A stretch of 64,000 bases of DNA from Malacoraja senta (GCA_038087875.1 CM075988.1:10232001-10296000); one strand, 5' to 3'; counted from the stretch's first letter, positions 26,001 to 38,611 are shown. Notes: a model not told the origin generated them from the letters alone. Made by a program: numbers and translations.

Positions 26001-27197
26001 ACAGTACTTGCTGAGGAGGATGACTGGAGGGTTATTCTGGACACGATTGACCAAATCTACAGTGGTGGAGTGCCTGAGACACTCGTAGCGTTTTCAGATC
26101 AGGGCTCTATTCACAAAATGGAATTCGATGATGGAATGTCTCTTTGAATTTAATGAGTCCGAGCTGTCAGCTCAGCTCAGTTGGAAACAGAAAAGAAGCA
26201 AAAAGCTGAATCTGTTTCAGTTGCTAATTGTGCTTCAACTGGTTATTCCTTGGTGCCCAGATTTATTTTGCACAGAACTCATTTATGTAAAGCCTAAGAT
26301 ATTATAATACCCTTGAGTGGAGTTCATTTGCATTTTCAGTCATTATTATATTGACCACAGCCTGTGTGTTGTGATTACACCATTCTCTGCTCAATTGCTC
26401 ACAGATCACTTACTGCAAACTGATTACCACCATCAATTAGCATGCTAGGAAATGATTTTTTTCCCAAAGCAAAGCATCCTCATTCACAAATATGCAACGA
26501 TAATGTTTGTTCAACTTCAACGGATTTAGATTCTATCCAACTCGATCTTATGTTGAATTCTTTATCCTTGATTAGGATTTTTTTTTAAACCCTAATGATT
26601 AAGATAGTACCAGTGTATGGGGTGATCAGCGTAGACTCGGTGGGGTGAAGGGTGTGTTTCTGCGCTGTATCTCTAAAGCCTAAAGTCTAAATGTACAAAG
26701 AAGAAGGAAATGCTTTAAACATCAGACACCAGGCTTGGGAAAGTTAAATATACCTACCTACTTGTATTCATTTTCCATCTCAAAACTCAATTCTATAGAT
26801 TGATTTTGCCTTTACCTTGTTTTGCCAGAGAATACATATCAACAGTGCATTACTGCGGTTGGCACCTTCAGTTGATCATCCATCTTTGCTCATGATTTCA
26901 CTGAGGAATAGTTCAGTCCTTGCACAAATAAAACAGAAAATGCAAAAGAAAATCCATAACTGAAAGAAAAACGTTGAAAATCTTGCCTCTCTATGGAGCT
27001 TTTCATGAGCTCTGGGTTTCACAGCTGTAGTGAAGTGGTTTTGTTCCTAGGCGTAATTTAGCGCCTTGAAGACCTGAAGACATGCACTCAAACCTCACAA
27101 TGGCTATTGGAGAAATTTAAACTGAGTTAATGGAGTGACCTGGTATACAAGATCTGACATCGGTAATTGTGACTATTGTTGACAGCTAATGGACCTT

Positions 27198-27435
27198 TAG
27201 ATTTTAGTTTAGGGCTCCGTGCCGACCTGCGATATCCGCAGACTAACACTATCCTACACACACTAGGGACAATTTACATTATACCAAGCTAATTAGCCTA
27301 CAAACCTGTACGTCTTTGGAGTGTGGGAGGAAACCAGAGATCCCAGAGAAACCCCGTAGTTGGGATCGAAACCAGGTCTCCGACATTTCAAGCACTGTAA
27401 GGTAGCAACTCCACCGTTGTGCCACCATGCCGCCC
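27198..27435 (-). mobile_element. HE1-like V-SINE, internally deleted
   Basis: Reverse-strand head gggcggcatggtggcacaacggtgg and tail. Confidence 0.75.
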
Positions 27436-27868
27436 AAATCTGTGTGGCAACAACCTGTGAGGCGTCAACCCAAGATGGCGCCTGCCAGCGGCGACTTTTG
27501 CGGAGCACCAGAACAGAAAAGGTTCACCTACAACTTCTATCAACTCACCTGCATCAGGGAAACGGCAACGAAATTTCGTTCAGACCGAAAGGTCTGAATG
27601 ACAAATAAAGGAATCTCTAATCTCTAATCTCTAATCTCTAATCGGTGCCGTTTCAGACAAGCTGCTTGGGCAGCTGAAAGCGCTGGCAATTTCACGATCT
27701 CCCGCAGCTGCGGGAGCCCCGGACTTTAAATGTTCCCACGCTGGCTGTGGAACTCCCGACCCGACTGAGGATCCCAGGTACGGTACCTGGAAACCCCGGG
27801 ATGACCTCCAGAGCCCACGGGCCGGATCTCCCAGGAACAATGAAGCTGGAGCTGCCGACTTTGAATGA

Positions 27869-28777
27869 ACCCCCGTTCGTTACGGAGCTGGAGCTGCCGT
27901 CTGTGAAGTAATCCCCGTTCCAGCGCAGGTCCGCAGAAACAGCAGGTACAGTAGACTCAGCACCTGGAAACAAAGGGGAAGCTTCCATTGTGTCCGGAAA
28001 AGTGGCCGACGGGCAGGACTTCAGGTCAGACTGAAGCGCAGGGGACTTCGACCCCCACTACCTACTATCCTACTGGCCAACGTACAGTCCCTTGAAAATA
28101 AAGTGGAGGACTTAAGGACAAGACTGCTTTATCAAAGGGAGCTGAGGGAATGCTCTGTGTTCTGTTTCACAGAGACATGGCTCACCCCCAGCTCCCCAGA
28201 TTCAGCAGTCCAGCCTGAAGGGTTCTCCATCCATCATATGGACCGTACACTGGCATTTGGGAAAGGGAGAGGAGGGGGCGTCTGCCTCATGGTCAACTCT
28301 GCGTGGTGCTCAGACGTGGCAGTCCTGTCCAACTCCTGCTCTCCACACCTCGAACATCTGGCGGTGAAGTGTCGTCCCTTCTACCTTCCGAGGGAATTCA
28401 CCTCCATCATCCTGACCGCGGTCTACATCCCACCCCAGGCAGACGTCCGTCTGGCACTGGGGGAGCTGCACGCCGTGGTCAACAAACACCAGACGTCTTA
28501 CCCCGAGGCGTTTACCACCATAGCCGGGGACTTCAATAAGGCAAACCTAAAGAAATCACTCCCTAACTTCCACCAACATGTCTCCTGCTGCACCAGTGGA
28601 TCAAACACCCTCGACCACTGCTACACCACCATCAAGAATGCCTATCATTCTATCCCTCACCCTCACTTCGGTAAATCCGACCATACCGCGGTGCTGCTTC
28701 TTCCTGCCTACAGGCAGCAATTAAAGAGCGCACCGCCAGAGATGAGGACAGTACAGAGCTGGTCGGGGGGGGGCTGA
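27869..28777 (+). CDS. Rex1/Babar AP-like endonuclease (N-terminal part of a frameshifted ORF)
   Basis: Open frame from 27869: PTILLANVQSLENK...CFTETWL...GRGGGV...AVYIPP...AGDFN...TLDHCY...SDH. True start codon not identified. Confidence 0.85.
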   Translation, partial: TPVRYGAGAAVCEVIPVPAQVRRNSRYSRLSTWKQRGSFHCVRKSGRRAGLQVRLKRRGLRPPLPTILLANVQSLENKVEDLRTRLLYQRELRECSVFCFTETWLTPSSPDSAVQPEGFSIHHMDRTLAFGKGRGGGVCLMVNSAWCSDVAVLSNSCSPHLEHLAVKCRPFYLPREFTSIILTAVYIPPQADVRLALGELHAVVNKHQTSYPEAFTTIAGDFNKANLKKSLPNFHQHVSCCTSGSNTLDHCYTTIKNAYHSIPHPHFGKSDHTAVLLLPAYRQQLKSAPPEMRTVQSWSGGG

Positions 28778-30668
28778 GGAACAACTCCAGGACTGTTTGG
28801 AGTCTGTAGACTGGGCAATGTTCAAGGACTCGGCTACGGACCTGAACGAATACGCCACAGCCGTTACAGACTTCATTAAGAAGTGTGTGGAGGACTGCAT
28901 CCCCACCAAAACCTTCCGAGCGTTTCCCAATCAGAAACCTTGGATGAACTTTGAGATCCGCACTCTTCTGAAGTCCAGACACCGGGCATTCATGTCTGAT
29001 GATACAGTGGTCCACAAGGAGTCCAGATACGACCTTGGTAAGGCCATCAAAAAGGTCAAAAGGGACTTTTGCTCCAAACTGGAGGAAGAGACTGATGTTC
29101 GGCGGCTGTGGCAGGGCCTGAATGCAATCACCTCTTACAAGGCGAAATCAGGAGGCAGCTCGAATGTCGGCGAAACATCACTCCCTGATGAGCTCAATGC
29201 GTTTTACGCACGCTTTGATAGGGAGAACACCGATGTGCCTTGCCGAGCCCCCATTCGCTGTGATGGTATTTCAGTCTCAGTCACAGAGGCCGACGTCAGG
29301 AAATCCTTCAGAGGGGTGAACCCTCGAAAAGCGCCTGGACCTGATGGTATACCTGGTCGCGTTCTAAAAACCTGTGCGGACCAACTGGCTGGAGTTTTTA
29401 CAGACATTTTCAACCTCTCACTTCTGAGGTCTGAGGTCCCCACCTGCTTCAAAAGGGCATCAATTATACCAGTGCCCAAGAAGAGTAAGGTAACGTGCCT
29501 CAATGACTATCGACCTGTGGCACTAACGCCTGTGGTGATGAAGTGCTTTGAGAGGTTGATCATGACGCAGATCAACTCCTACCTCAACAAAAACCTGGAC
29601 CCACTGCAGTTCGCTTACCGCCACAACAGATCAACGGTGGATGCGATCTCGCTGGCCCTCCACTCCGCTCTGGACCACTTGGACAACAAAAACTCATATG
29701 TCAGGCTGTTATTCATCGATTACAGCTCGGCATTTAACACAATCATCCCCTCCAAGCTGGTTACCAAACTCGCAGAACTGGGTCTCTGCGCATCCCTCTG
29801 CAATTGGATCCTCGACTTCCTCACTCTCAGACCACAGTCTGTTCGTATTGGTGGAAATGTGTCAGACTCGATAACAATCAGCACGGGAGCACCTCAAGGC
29901 TGCATGCTCAGCCCCCTGCTGTACTCACTCTATACTCATGACTGCGTAGCCGGACATAGTGCGAACTCCATCATCAAGTTCGCTGACGACACCACTGTTG
30001 TGGGACGTATCACTGATGGGGATGAGTCAGAGTATAGAAGAGAGATTGAGCAACTGTCCATATGGTGCCAGCACAACAACCTGGCCCTCAACACCAGCAA
30101 AACCAAGGAACTGATTGTGGACTTTGGAAGGAGTAGGATGGGGACCCACAGTCCCGTTTATATCAACGGGTCGATGGTTGAAAGGGTCAAGAGCTTCAAA
30201 TTCCTGGGCGTGCACATCTCTGAAGATCTTTCCTGGTCCGAGAACAATGATGCCATTATTAAGAAAGCACATCAGCGCCTCTACTTCCTGAGAAGATTAC
30301 GGAGAGTCGGTTTGTCAAGGAGGACTCTCTCTAACTTCTACAGGTGCACAGTAGAGAGCATGCTGACCGGTTGCATCGTGGCTTGGTTCGGCAACTTGAG
30401 TGCCCTGGAGAGGAAAAGACTACAAAAAGTAGTAAACACTGCCCAGTCCATCATCGGCTCTGACCTCCCTTCCATCGTGGGGATCTACCACAGTCGCTGC
30501 CTCAAAAAGGCTGGCAGCATCATCAAGGACCCACACCATCCTAGCCACACACTCATCTCCCTACTACCTTCAGGTAGAAGGTACAGGAGCCTGAAGACTA
30601 CAACGACCAGGTTCAGGAACAGCTACTTCCCCACAGCCATCAGGCTATTAAACCTGGCTCGGACATAA
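28773..30668 (+). CDS. Rex1/Babar reverse transcriptase (C-terminal part of a frameshifted ORF)
   Basis: Over 620 aa uninterrupted: KAPGPDGIP, DYRPVALT, LQFAYR, FIDYSSAFNTI, GAPQGCMLSPLLY, KFADD, FKFLGVHI, AHQRLYFLRRL. Confidence 0.93.
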   Translation, partial: AEEQLQDCLESVDWAMFKDSATDLNEYATAVTDFIKKCVEDCIPTKTFRAFPNQKPWMNFEIRTLLKSRHRAFMSDDTVVHKESRYDLGKAIKKVKRDFCSKLEEETDVRRLWQGLNAITSYKAKSGGSSNVGETSLPDELNAFYARFDRENTDVPCRAPIRCDGISVSVTEADVRKSFRGVNPRKAPGPDGIPGRVLKTCADQLAGVFTDIFNLSLLRSEVPTCFKRASIIPVPKKSKVTCLNDYRPVALTPVVMKCFERLIMTQINSYLNKNLDPLQFAYRHNRSTVDAISLALHSALDHLDNKNSYVRLLFIDYSSAFNTIIPSKLVTKLAELGLCASLCNWILDFLTLRPQSVRIGGNVSDSITISTGAPQGCMLSPLLYSLYTHDCVAGHSANSIIKFADDTTVVGRITDGDESEYRREIEQLSIWCQHNNLALNTSKTKELIVDFGRSRMGTHSPVYINGSMVERVKSFKFLGVHISEDLSWSENNDAIIKKAHQRLYFLRRLRRVGLSRRTLSNFYRCTVESMLTGCIVAWFGNLSALERKRLQKVVNTAQSIIGSDLPSIVGIYHSRCLKKAGSIIKDPHHPSHTLISLLPSGRRYRSLKTTTTRFRNSYFPTAIRLLNLART

Positions 30669-31399
30669 CACTGAACTTTACTAGCCAATACTGTTATTTG
30701 CACTTTATCAGTATATTGACCATTGTGTATATATTTATAGAATGCCTTGTAGTAAATGCCTAATATGTTCTGTTGTGCTCAAGCAAAGCAAGAATTTCAT
30801 TGTCCTACCAGGGACACATGACAATAAACTCACTTGACTTGACTTGACTTGACTTTTTCATAGTACTTTATTCTCTATCCACCTTATTACATTCACTATT
30901 CTCCCCTTATCTATCCTTCTGGTTACATCCTTACAGATGTGAACTGAATGTGTCCAAACATAACTTTTGTCAACAAACAATACTGAATCTGCCAATACAT
31001 ATTATGGTTTTCCAAATCCCCTGTTGATACATCCTAAATCGTGGATCCAGCCGTGGGTCAGAAAGAGAGACCAGGCTAACTAATCTAGAGTTCTCTGACT
31101 TCCTCTGTTCATTTCTTATATAAAGTCTGGTGTGATATTTGCTATCTGCTGGGTTGTTCCAGAATGTAGAGAATTTGGGGAAAATATTGTTCATTCATCT
31201 TTGCCACAACTCTCTAATGTCCGTGAGCTGGTGCCAAAGGGGATTGGGCTCAGTCTCCTTCATTTCTGCTCTAAAGGTACAATTTCACCCTCTGCAACAT
31301 CTCTTGCAGATCCAATATTATTGTGAAAAGTAAGTCCCTTTTTCAGAATATATTGTGTTCTGTGGCAGGACCACTGAGTTAAAACAAATGCCATGGTCA

Positions 31400-32230
31400 A
31401 ATTTAGATTCAGATTCAAGTTAGTTTATTGTTATACACACCAGGGTGCAATTAAATTCCTTGTTCACAAAAATATTGTAAACAGTATACATACCGTAATA
31501 AATACAACAATAACTGTGAAACAGCAGATTGGTGCAAAGATTGGAGTGCGATCTGTGTTAAAAGTACATGGCACCATCTTCGGCAAGGGGATGTAAAAGA
31601 GGTGATTAGTTCAGGAGTCTGAGACCAGTGGGGAAGATGCTATCCTTGCGTCTGGACATCTGGGCTTTTGAGATCCTGTATCTTCGCCCAGAAAGTAGAA
31701 GAGAGAGTACAGCTAGGGTGGCTGACATCCTTGACAACGGATCCAGCCTTCCTGATGCAATGCACCATGAAGATGGGTCCGACACAAAGAATTGAGTGAA
31801 CATGCCAAATCTTCCCGGATGCCCAAGGACATAAATATGCTGATGCATTTCTTGAATACCGCAAGACTCTTCCATCTTGCAGCTATTGAGGATTAGGTCA
31901 TAGTTTGACATCTTGACCAGAGATTCTTGATCTCTTTCTTATACTGCATCTTATCATTGTACTGATCAAGCTGACAATTGGCCAACTTAAAAATCGAATT
32001 GACGCTGTGCTTGGCCACACAGTCGTGGGTGTACGTTGGGCGGGGGGGGGAGTGGGGTGGGGAGTGGGGAACTGAGTACACAACCCTGAGCAGTGTCGAG
32101 AATCAGGGTGGAGAAATTTTAAGATGAACTCTAACTCGAAGATGATATCTGCTGGCCAGGAAATTCAGAAATGTGTTGCATAAGGAAGCACCATGGTTAA
32201 GGTCCTGGAGTTTGGAGATGATTAGGAAAC
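31400..32230 (-). mobile_element. Degenerate, internally deleted Rex1/Babar fragment
   Basis: YTHDCVAKHSVNSIFK and CIRKAGSVVKD..HP remnants, with tail at ~31400-31430. Confidence 0.75.
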
Positions 32231-33122
32231 CATGATCAATCAGCAGCAGCAGCATAATGGTATCCTAGTTTGTAACCATGTGGCCAGGGCTAACCATCTT
32301 TCCACCATTATCTTCAAACTAAAGGACAAAGCACGCTTCAATTAGGAACTGAGCACCAGACATACCTAAAAGCAAAGAGCAACCATGGAGATGGCTCCAA
32401 GAAAATCCATCTCCTTGCTGATGGTGTGGCCCAATAGATAATCATAGAATTGTGGGCTCTTTGGCCCACTGCATCTATGCTGACCATCACACCTATTTAT
32501 ACTAATCCATTTGCCTGCATTAATTCCATATCCCTCTATGCCTTGCTCAGTCATGCCCTGTCCAGATGCCTCCTAAATATTTTTGTTGTTCCTGCCTCCA
32601 CCACCTTCTTTGGCAGCTCATCCCAGATACTAACAACTCTTTATGTGAAAAAAAACCTCTTCATTATCTCTTTACCTCTTTCCTCTCATTTTAACTTTAT
32701 GTTTTCATGTTAGAGGTGACCAGCACATGGTAAGAATGTTATAGAAGTTCAAATGCCCATGAATTTTTGAAAAATATTGGTTTCCACATACTGGAAATTA
32801 AGCTAGGTGGTCTGCACAACCTAGACAAATATTCTCATTCTGAAGCCAGTTTTAATTCTGGGTCTAAATAGTGTATCCCTGCATATGCTTTGATTTTCTG
32901 ATCTGGTTTTGGTTCAAGTTAGCCACAGCAGCCTTTAGCCAGTGCCAGGTGCTATGAGTTCTTCCTCTGCGATGTCAGAGTCTCCATGGATTTCAGGGGC
33001 TTCCCAAATATTGGGCTGGGCAGTCTGTCTCTGAAGTTGGGCTGGGTTAAACCTGGACCAAACACAACATACACATGTGACATAGAAGCCATTAGCTTCT
33101 AGGAGAAATTTAACAGCTATAC

Positions 33123-33153
<31 letters not shown>

Positions 33154-33846
33154 TAATTGTTGCTTCAAATAATTTTAATTCCTTTTTAGTGCATGATTGT
33201 GCATTTAGCTTTTCCATTATAAGAAATCAATATTATTTTTTTCAACATCATTAAAATTGTTTATATTTCCTAAGTTTTCCTCAACATTTGTACATGTTAA
33301 GGATGTTTGAAACATTTGTTGGTTCCATTCATGCTGACAGCTTTAACGTCCCATGCGTCTGACTCTGTGGTCTCACCTGCAGTCTAAACTTTTGTGACTT
33401 ACAGTGCTGAGGTGGCCCCACTGATGCTCTAGACCTTTCCAAAGTGCTGTATGCTGAGCTCCCTATTGTAGAATTACAGAGGAATGAAAGGTGTGCGATA
33501 TGGACAGGTAGACAGTGATTTTGGAGCAATGTTCTTCGGCAAATTTTCAGACAAATGCCAGTAAATGTCAAGGAACATTCTCTCCATGCACAACTCTAAT
33601 GATCACATCATACAAAAGAGAGTCCAACCACATCCCTATGATACCTAAAGCCATGACAGTCATCATCATTCAACTATCGATGTAATGGTTCACTGTTCAT
33701 GGGATAAGGCACATAAAATGCAGCTACAGGAGAAGATTAGTTACTGGGCTCACCTTCTTACTCCTTGTAACATTTACACCACCTGTCATCACACATGCTG
33801 TAGTAATTCAAGAGGACAGCTCGCCACTCCTCTCAGGAGTTACTTA

Positions 33847-34464
33847 AGCCCCTGTCCCACTTAGGAAACCTGAACGGAAACCTCTGGAGACTCTGGAGAC
33901 TCTGAAGGTTTCTGTGAGGTTCCCGGAGGTTTTTGACACTCTCCCTAATGGTCGAAAGAGGTTTCCACGTAGTTGAGCTTCTTCTATGTTCCGGCGATTA
34001 TTTAAAAAAATTAAAAACCGGCCTCGACTAAAAATAGGTTGCCGTTTTAAAAATTGTTAATTTTTTAGTCGAAGCCGGTTGCGATGCTAGTTGAAGGTGG
34101 TTACCGGAGGTTGCAGGTAGTGGAAGGTAAGACCTCCCTGGTGGAATAAAAGTGGGTGAAAAAAAGGTCTTACCTTCCACTAACTGCAACCTCCGGTAAC
34201 CACCTTCAACTACCAGCGCAACCAGCTTCGACTAAAAAATTACCGATTTTTAAAACGGCAACCTATTTTTAGTCGAGGCCGGTTTTGAATTTTTTGAAAT
34301 AATCGCCGGAACATAGAAGAAGCTTGACTACGCGGAAACCACTTTCCACCATTAGGGAGAGTGACAAAAACCTCTGGGAACCTCCGGGAACCTCACGGAA
34401 ACCTTGGGTGGGGCACCAGGTCTCCAGAGGTTTCTGTTCAGGTTTCCTAAGTGGGACAGGGGCA
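33847..34464. mobile_element. Foldback MITE, PIF/Harbinger-like (almost entirely palindromic)
   Basis: TIR gcccctgtcccacttaggaaacctgaac. Arms 33848-34135 / 34165-34463 around a 29-nt loop. TTA on both sides. Confidence 0.88.
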
Positions 34465-36276
34465 TTAATTTGGATTACAAATATTGTCCTTGCCAGAGAC
34501 ATCCTCCTCACATTAATGAATAAAAGAAACAACCAGCAAATGAATAGACTATCTTTTTCTTTCAATGTCTTTGAATCATGGGCTATTTTGAATATATCCG
34601 AGAAGATGGAAGGAACCTTGGTTGGACATCCCATCAGAAAGATAGCACATCCAACAGTCCAGAATTCCCTTAACTGCATAGGTGTGTTAGCCTCATTTAT
34701 GGGCTTGTCTTTCTGCAGTGGGATTTGAACCAACATTGTTCTCACTCAGGGAAAGGAATGATAACACTGAAGCAAAGATGACACTTCAATTTGTACAAGA
34801 AAAATTAAAATAGCTTGGTGAATTGTTGCAGTAATTCAGCTGGTCATTAACAATCAATATATTGACATTGACTGGAACTACAGACTCCTGGTTTCCTAAC
34901 CTATGGAATATTAGTAGACTGGTTCTGTTTTTTAATTAACAATTCCCTTGACACCTTTACTGGAATTATCTTTTATTTCCATTTTTGTAAAAAAAAGTCA
35001 ACTCCTCGAGTTGCCTTGATGGAATATTTGCTGGCATTCTCTAGATTATTAGTCAAGCCTAATGGCATTTAAATTAAATCTAGTGGTGTAATTATTGCAT
35101 TACTATACAAGACTGATTTGGTCATTCACAGTAATGCGTTGTGTTAAAATGTCTGCATGAACATTTATTGTACAAAATGGTTCATCGCATTGAGATTTCA
35201 CACCTTTCCCGTGAGAAGTGCAAAGGCTTTCTGTTTCTCCATGTAATTTATGTTACCTTTACAGATAATCACTTTTTAATACTGGAGGCAACTAATAAGC
35301 AAAATAGTTTGTAGAACGAGGCTTGTACGATTGTCTGCCTTTGTATTAGAATATCTCTGGAATTTGCCGAGAAAGAAAAGATAAATTGTGATTTGTAATT
35401 TCAGGTGTATATTTAATACAATTCTCCTAATAAAACAATTACTTTTTTTTAAATATTATTCCAACTACGTTCATGAAGTTACCTGAGGTTATTTTTATTT
35501 GTATTGGTTTTATTCCAGCTGAGTTCATGTAACCAGAGGCAACCATTTGATTCATTTGATGCCAGTTAGAGAGAATCTACTACAAAGGCCACATTCTTCA
35601 TAATAAAATAATATCAAACAGTGCATAATAACTACTATCTTTGATTATTTGTTGCACATTTTGGAATGTTAATGCATATCTTTTTTTTACTGTTCCATTG
35701 TGTCATTTTCACTGTATCAATAACAGTGCTATTAACATTTTAAATGTATTCCTGCTAGTGATAGCCTCCTAGTGTCAAAGAAAAGCATCAACATGTTTGT
35801 TTTTAAGCCTTTTAAAGGAAGGTAAGTTCACTGTGCACATTTCCATCCCACCTGATGTAAGAGTTCTACATTTAAACTAATTCACTCTGTGCTATATTCT
35901 TAAATTCCTTTTAGTAATTTTTAAATGGTATGTAGATATTGCTGGCAAACCAAGCTCATCCCCAGTGCTGTTAAATTGGATGGCTTACTGGAATGATCAG
36001 AATGAAGTCTGGGCTCGGACATTATCTGGACCAGATAACGGCTGAAAATTCCTTCCACAAAGAGCATTAGCGAACTATATGGGCTTTTACAAATGGTTCT
36101 AATCATGCTCCGTACCCTCTCTGTTTTGCCTCTCAACCCATTCAAAGATGTTGCTCTGTAATTTCTCATGAGTTGATAATGTTAGTAATGTGAATTTCAC
36201 TAATAAGTATTTCTTCCTGAATCATTTTGACATCATCTCTCCCATTTATAGGGTAATTGAATATTCACTTGTGACT

Positions 36277-36523
36277 AGTGTGTAGGAAAGAACTGCAGAT
36301 GCTGGTTTAAATCAAAGATAAACACAAAATGCTGGAGTAACTCAGCGGGACAGGCAGCATCTCTGGAGAGAAGGAATGGGTGACGTTTCGGGTCAAGATC
36401 ATTCTTCAGTCTGAAGAAGCCGACTGCAGTCTGCAGAAGGGTCTCGACCCGAAACGTCACCCATTCCTTCTATCCGGAGATGCTGCCTGTCCTGCTGACT
36501 TACTCCAGCATTTTGTGTCTATG
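36277..36523. mobile_element. Palindromic Penelope-terminus derivative with TSD
   Basis: Head-to-head arms. 13-bp TSD ttcactWgtgact at 36264-36276 / 36524-36536, one mismatch. Confidence 0.85.
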
Positions 36524-36869
36524 TTCACTAGTGACTGTTGTTCTCCTCCAAGCCACCAAGCAAACAGGGGTCATGGTTCTTCAGGGGGCTTATTGTGCAT
36601 CTCTGCTTTGGTACTTGACAGATAATGTTTTGGTGATTTCAATGCAGGCTAGGCTTAAAATCATGCGCTCAGCAGGCCTGAAGAAACGAAATAAAATTAA
36701 AGGATGAGATATTTGGAACCATCCACCTTTTTGTTTGAAGTTAAGATATAACACATCTATAACATTTCCAACCTCTCTTCTCTATGACATCTTTAGCTCA
36801 ATACTCAGGTCTGAGGCTTCCACCTGGTTTAAAAGGGCATCAATAATATTGTTGCCCAATGAGATAACT

Positions 36870-37531
36870 TAAGGTTAAGGTGTTTGAAATCATGTGAGGA
36901 ATAGATAGGGTGAATGCACAGAGTATTTTACTTGGTGTAGGGGAATTAAGAAACAGAGGACATAGATTTAAGGTGAGAGGGGAACAATTTAATAGGAACC
37001 TGAAGGGATAACCCTTTTCACACAGAGGGCAGTGGGTATATGGAATTATCTGCCAGAGGAGGTAGTTGAAGCAGATAGTATAACAACATTTGCTATCTGC
37101 GGCACGGTGGTGCAACGGTAGAGTTGCTGCCTTACAGCACTTGCAGTGCCAGAGACCCGGTTCTATCCCGACTATGGCTGGTGTCTGTACGGAGTTTGTA
37201 CATTCTCCCAGTTACTGCCTGGATTTTCTCCGATGATCTCCGGTTTCCTCCTACACGCCAAAGACGTACAGGTTTGTAGGATTGGTGTTTGTTTTAAAAT
37301 GTCCCTAGTGTGTATATGATAGTGTTAATGTGCGGGGATTGCTGGTCGACACGGACTCGGTGGGCCGAAGGGCCTGTTTCCGCGCTGTATCTCTAAACTA
37401 AAATTTAATAGACATTTGGACAAATCCAAGGATAGGAAAGCTTTTCAGGGTTATGAACCAAAAGTGGATAGGTGGGACTAGAGTAGATGTGGCATCTTGG
37501 TCGGTAAGGACAAGTTGAGCCGAAGGGCCTG
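36870..37531 (+). mobile_element. CR1 3' fragment with a nested HE1-like SINE (37098-37402)
   Basis: CR1 C-terminal DNA (gtgagaggggaacaatttaataggaacctg) resumes after the SINE at atttaatagacatttgg. Confidence 0.8.
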
Positions 37532-37550
37532 TGAATGCAGAAGACCAATC

Positions 37551-38611
37551 TGCACGTCTTCATCACACCAACGAGTTATTGGTCTTCTGCATTCATCTCA
37601 TTGAACCGTTCAACATTTTTATAGCAATTGACAGGATGGATTAATGTTTTCCTTGGCTGCTGTGTTTCGAGCCAGTGGTCAGAGTCACAAAATAAGAAGT
37701 TTGCCTTATGCTATATGACTCTCTAAACAAATTTTGCATGGCTAGGTGAAAAGGCATACATTTCTCCAAAGTGTTTCCAAGCATCTGATTAAAATCGGGC
37801 GATGTATACCTTTCATTACCCCATGCCTCGCACAATTACTCCACTGGCCCTCTCACCCAATTAAATGAATGAGATTTGAGAGGATGGGAATGTTTAAGAA
37901 GGAACTGCTAAAGGGCATTATTCTCTTGTAAGGAAGACTGCACTTTGCCCACATTTTCTGCAGAGGAAATTCGCACAAAGAATCCAGTGACAGGAAATTC
38001 AAATACAGGTACACAATGTGACTTTGAGACACACAGAGAATAGATACAATCTCAAGTATTTTGTTGCATTCATTGGGAGGGAAAGCCCAAGTTCAAGACA
38101 ATTCAGGCACTTCATTGGCAATATAACGCACTGCAGCTTGGTCTATCCACTGATGTCCCTTTGGGATAATATAAAACAGCCTGGTTGGTATTTTTTTCTA
38201 TAAACCGTTATTTTTTTTTTAACAGCAGCATTTTTGTCAGAATAATGTCTGAAACAATTGAATTTGGATGATTACTCACAGCAGTAAAACACTACAAAGT
38301 ACATTTTTATGTGATGTTTGCGAGAATAAATTCAACGTTATGATTCAATGCAAAGTAAAGGCAAATTAACGAATGGAGAGTAGTAAATGGGGAGATCTAA
38401 TATTCCTTTAAGAGATTCATATGTCCATTTAAGATATCACAATAGCCACAATTTGCACGTCTTCATCACACCAACGAGTTATTGGTCTTCTGCATTCATC
38501 TCATTGAACCGTTCAACGTTTTTATAGCAATTGACAGGATGGATTAATGTTTTCCTTGGCTGCTGTGTTTCGAGCCAGTGGTCAGAGTCACAAAATAAGA
38601 AGTTTGCCTTA
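37551..38611 (+). repeat. 158-bp direct duplication (37551-37708 / 38454-38611)
   Basis: Copies are identical apart from one substitution seen (caacatttt vs caacgtttt). Confidence 0.93.

Larger units (their letters stand above)
27465..30854 (+). mobile_element. Near full-length Rex1/Babar-clade LINE
   Basis: Probable 5' end near caagatggcg (~27472). APE plus RT coding region. 3' aatttcattg-hairpin-tgacaataaa followed by a (cttga)n tail ending at 30854. Confidence 0.9.

Noticed and set aside
28765..28777. Programmed ribosomal frameshift in the Rex1 element
   Set aside because: APE and RT are normally one ORF in this clade; a homopolymer indel is the simpler explanation.
34269..34745. 158 aa / 134 aa ORFs as a transposase
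   Set aside because: They span the MITE arm and flanking DNA and show no DDE motifs.
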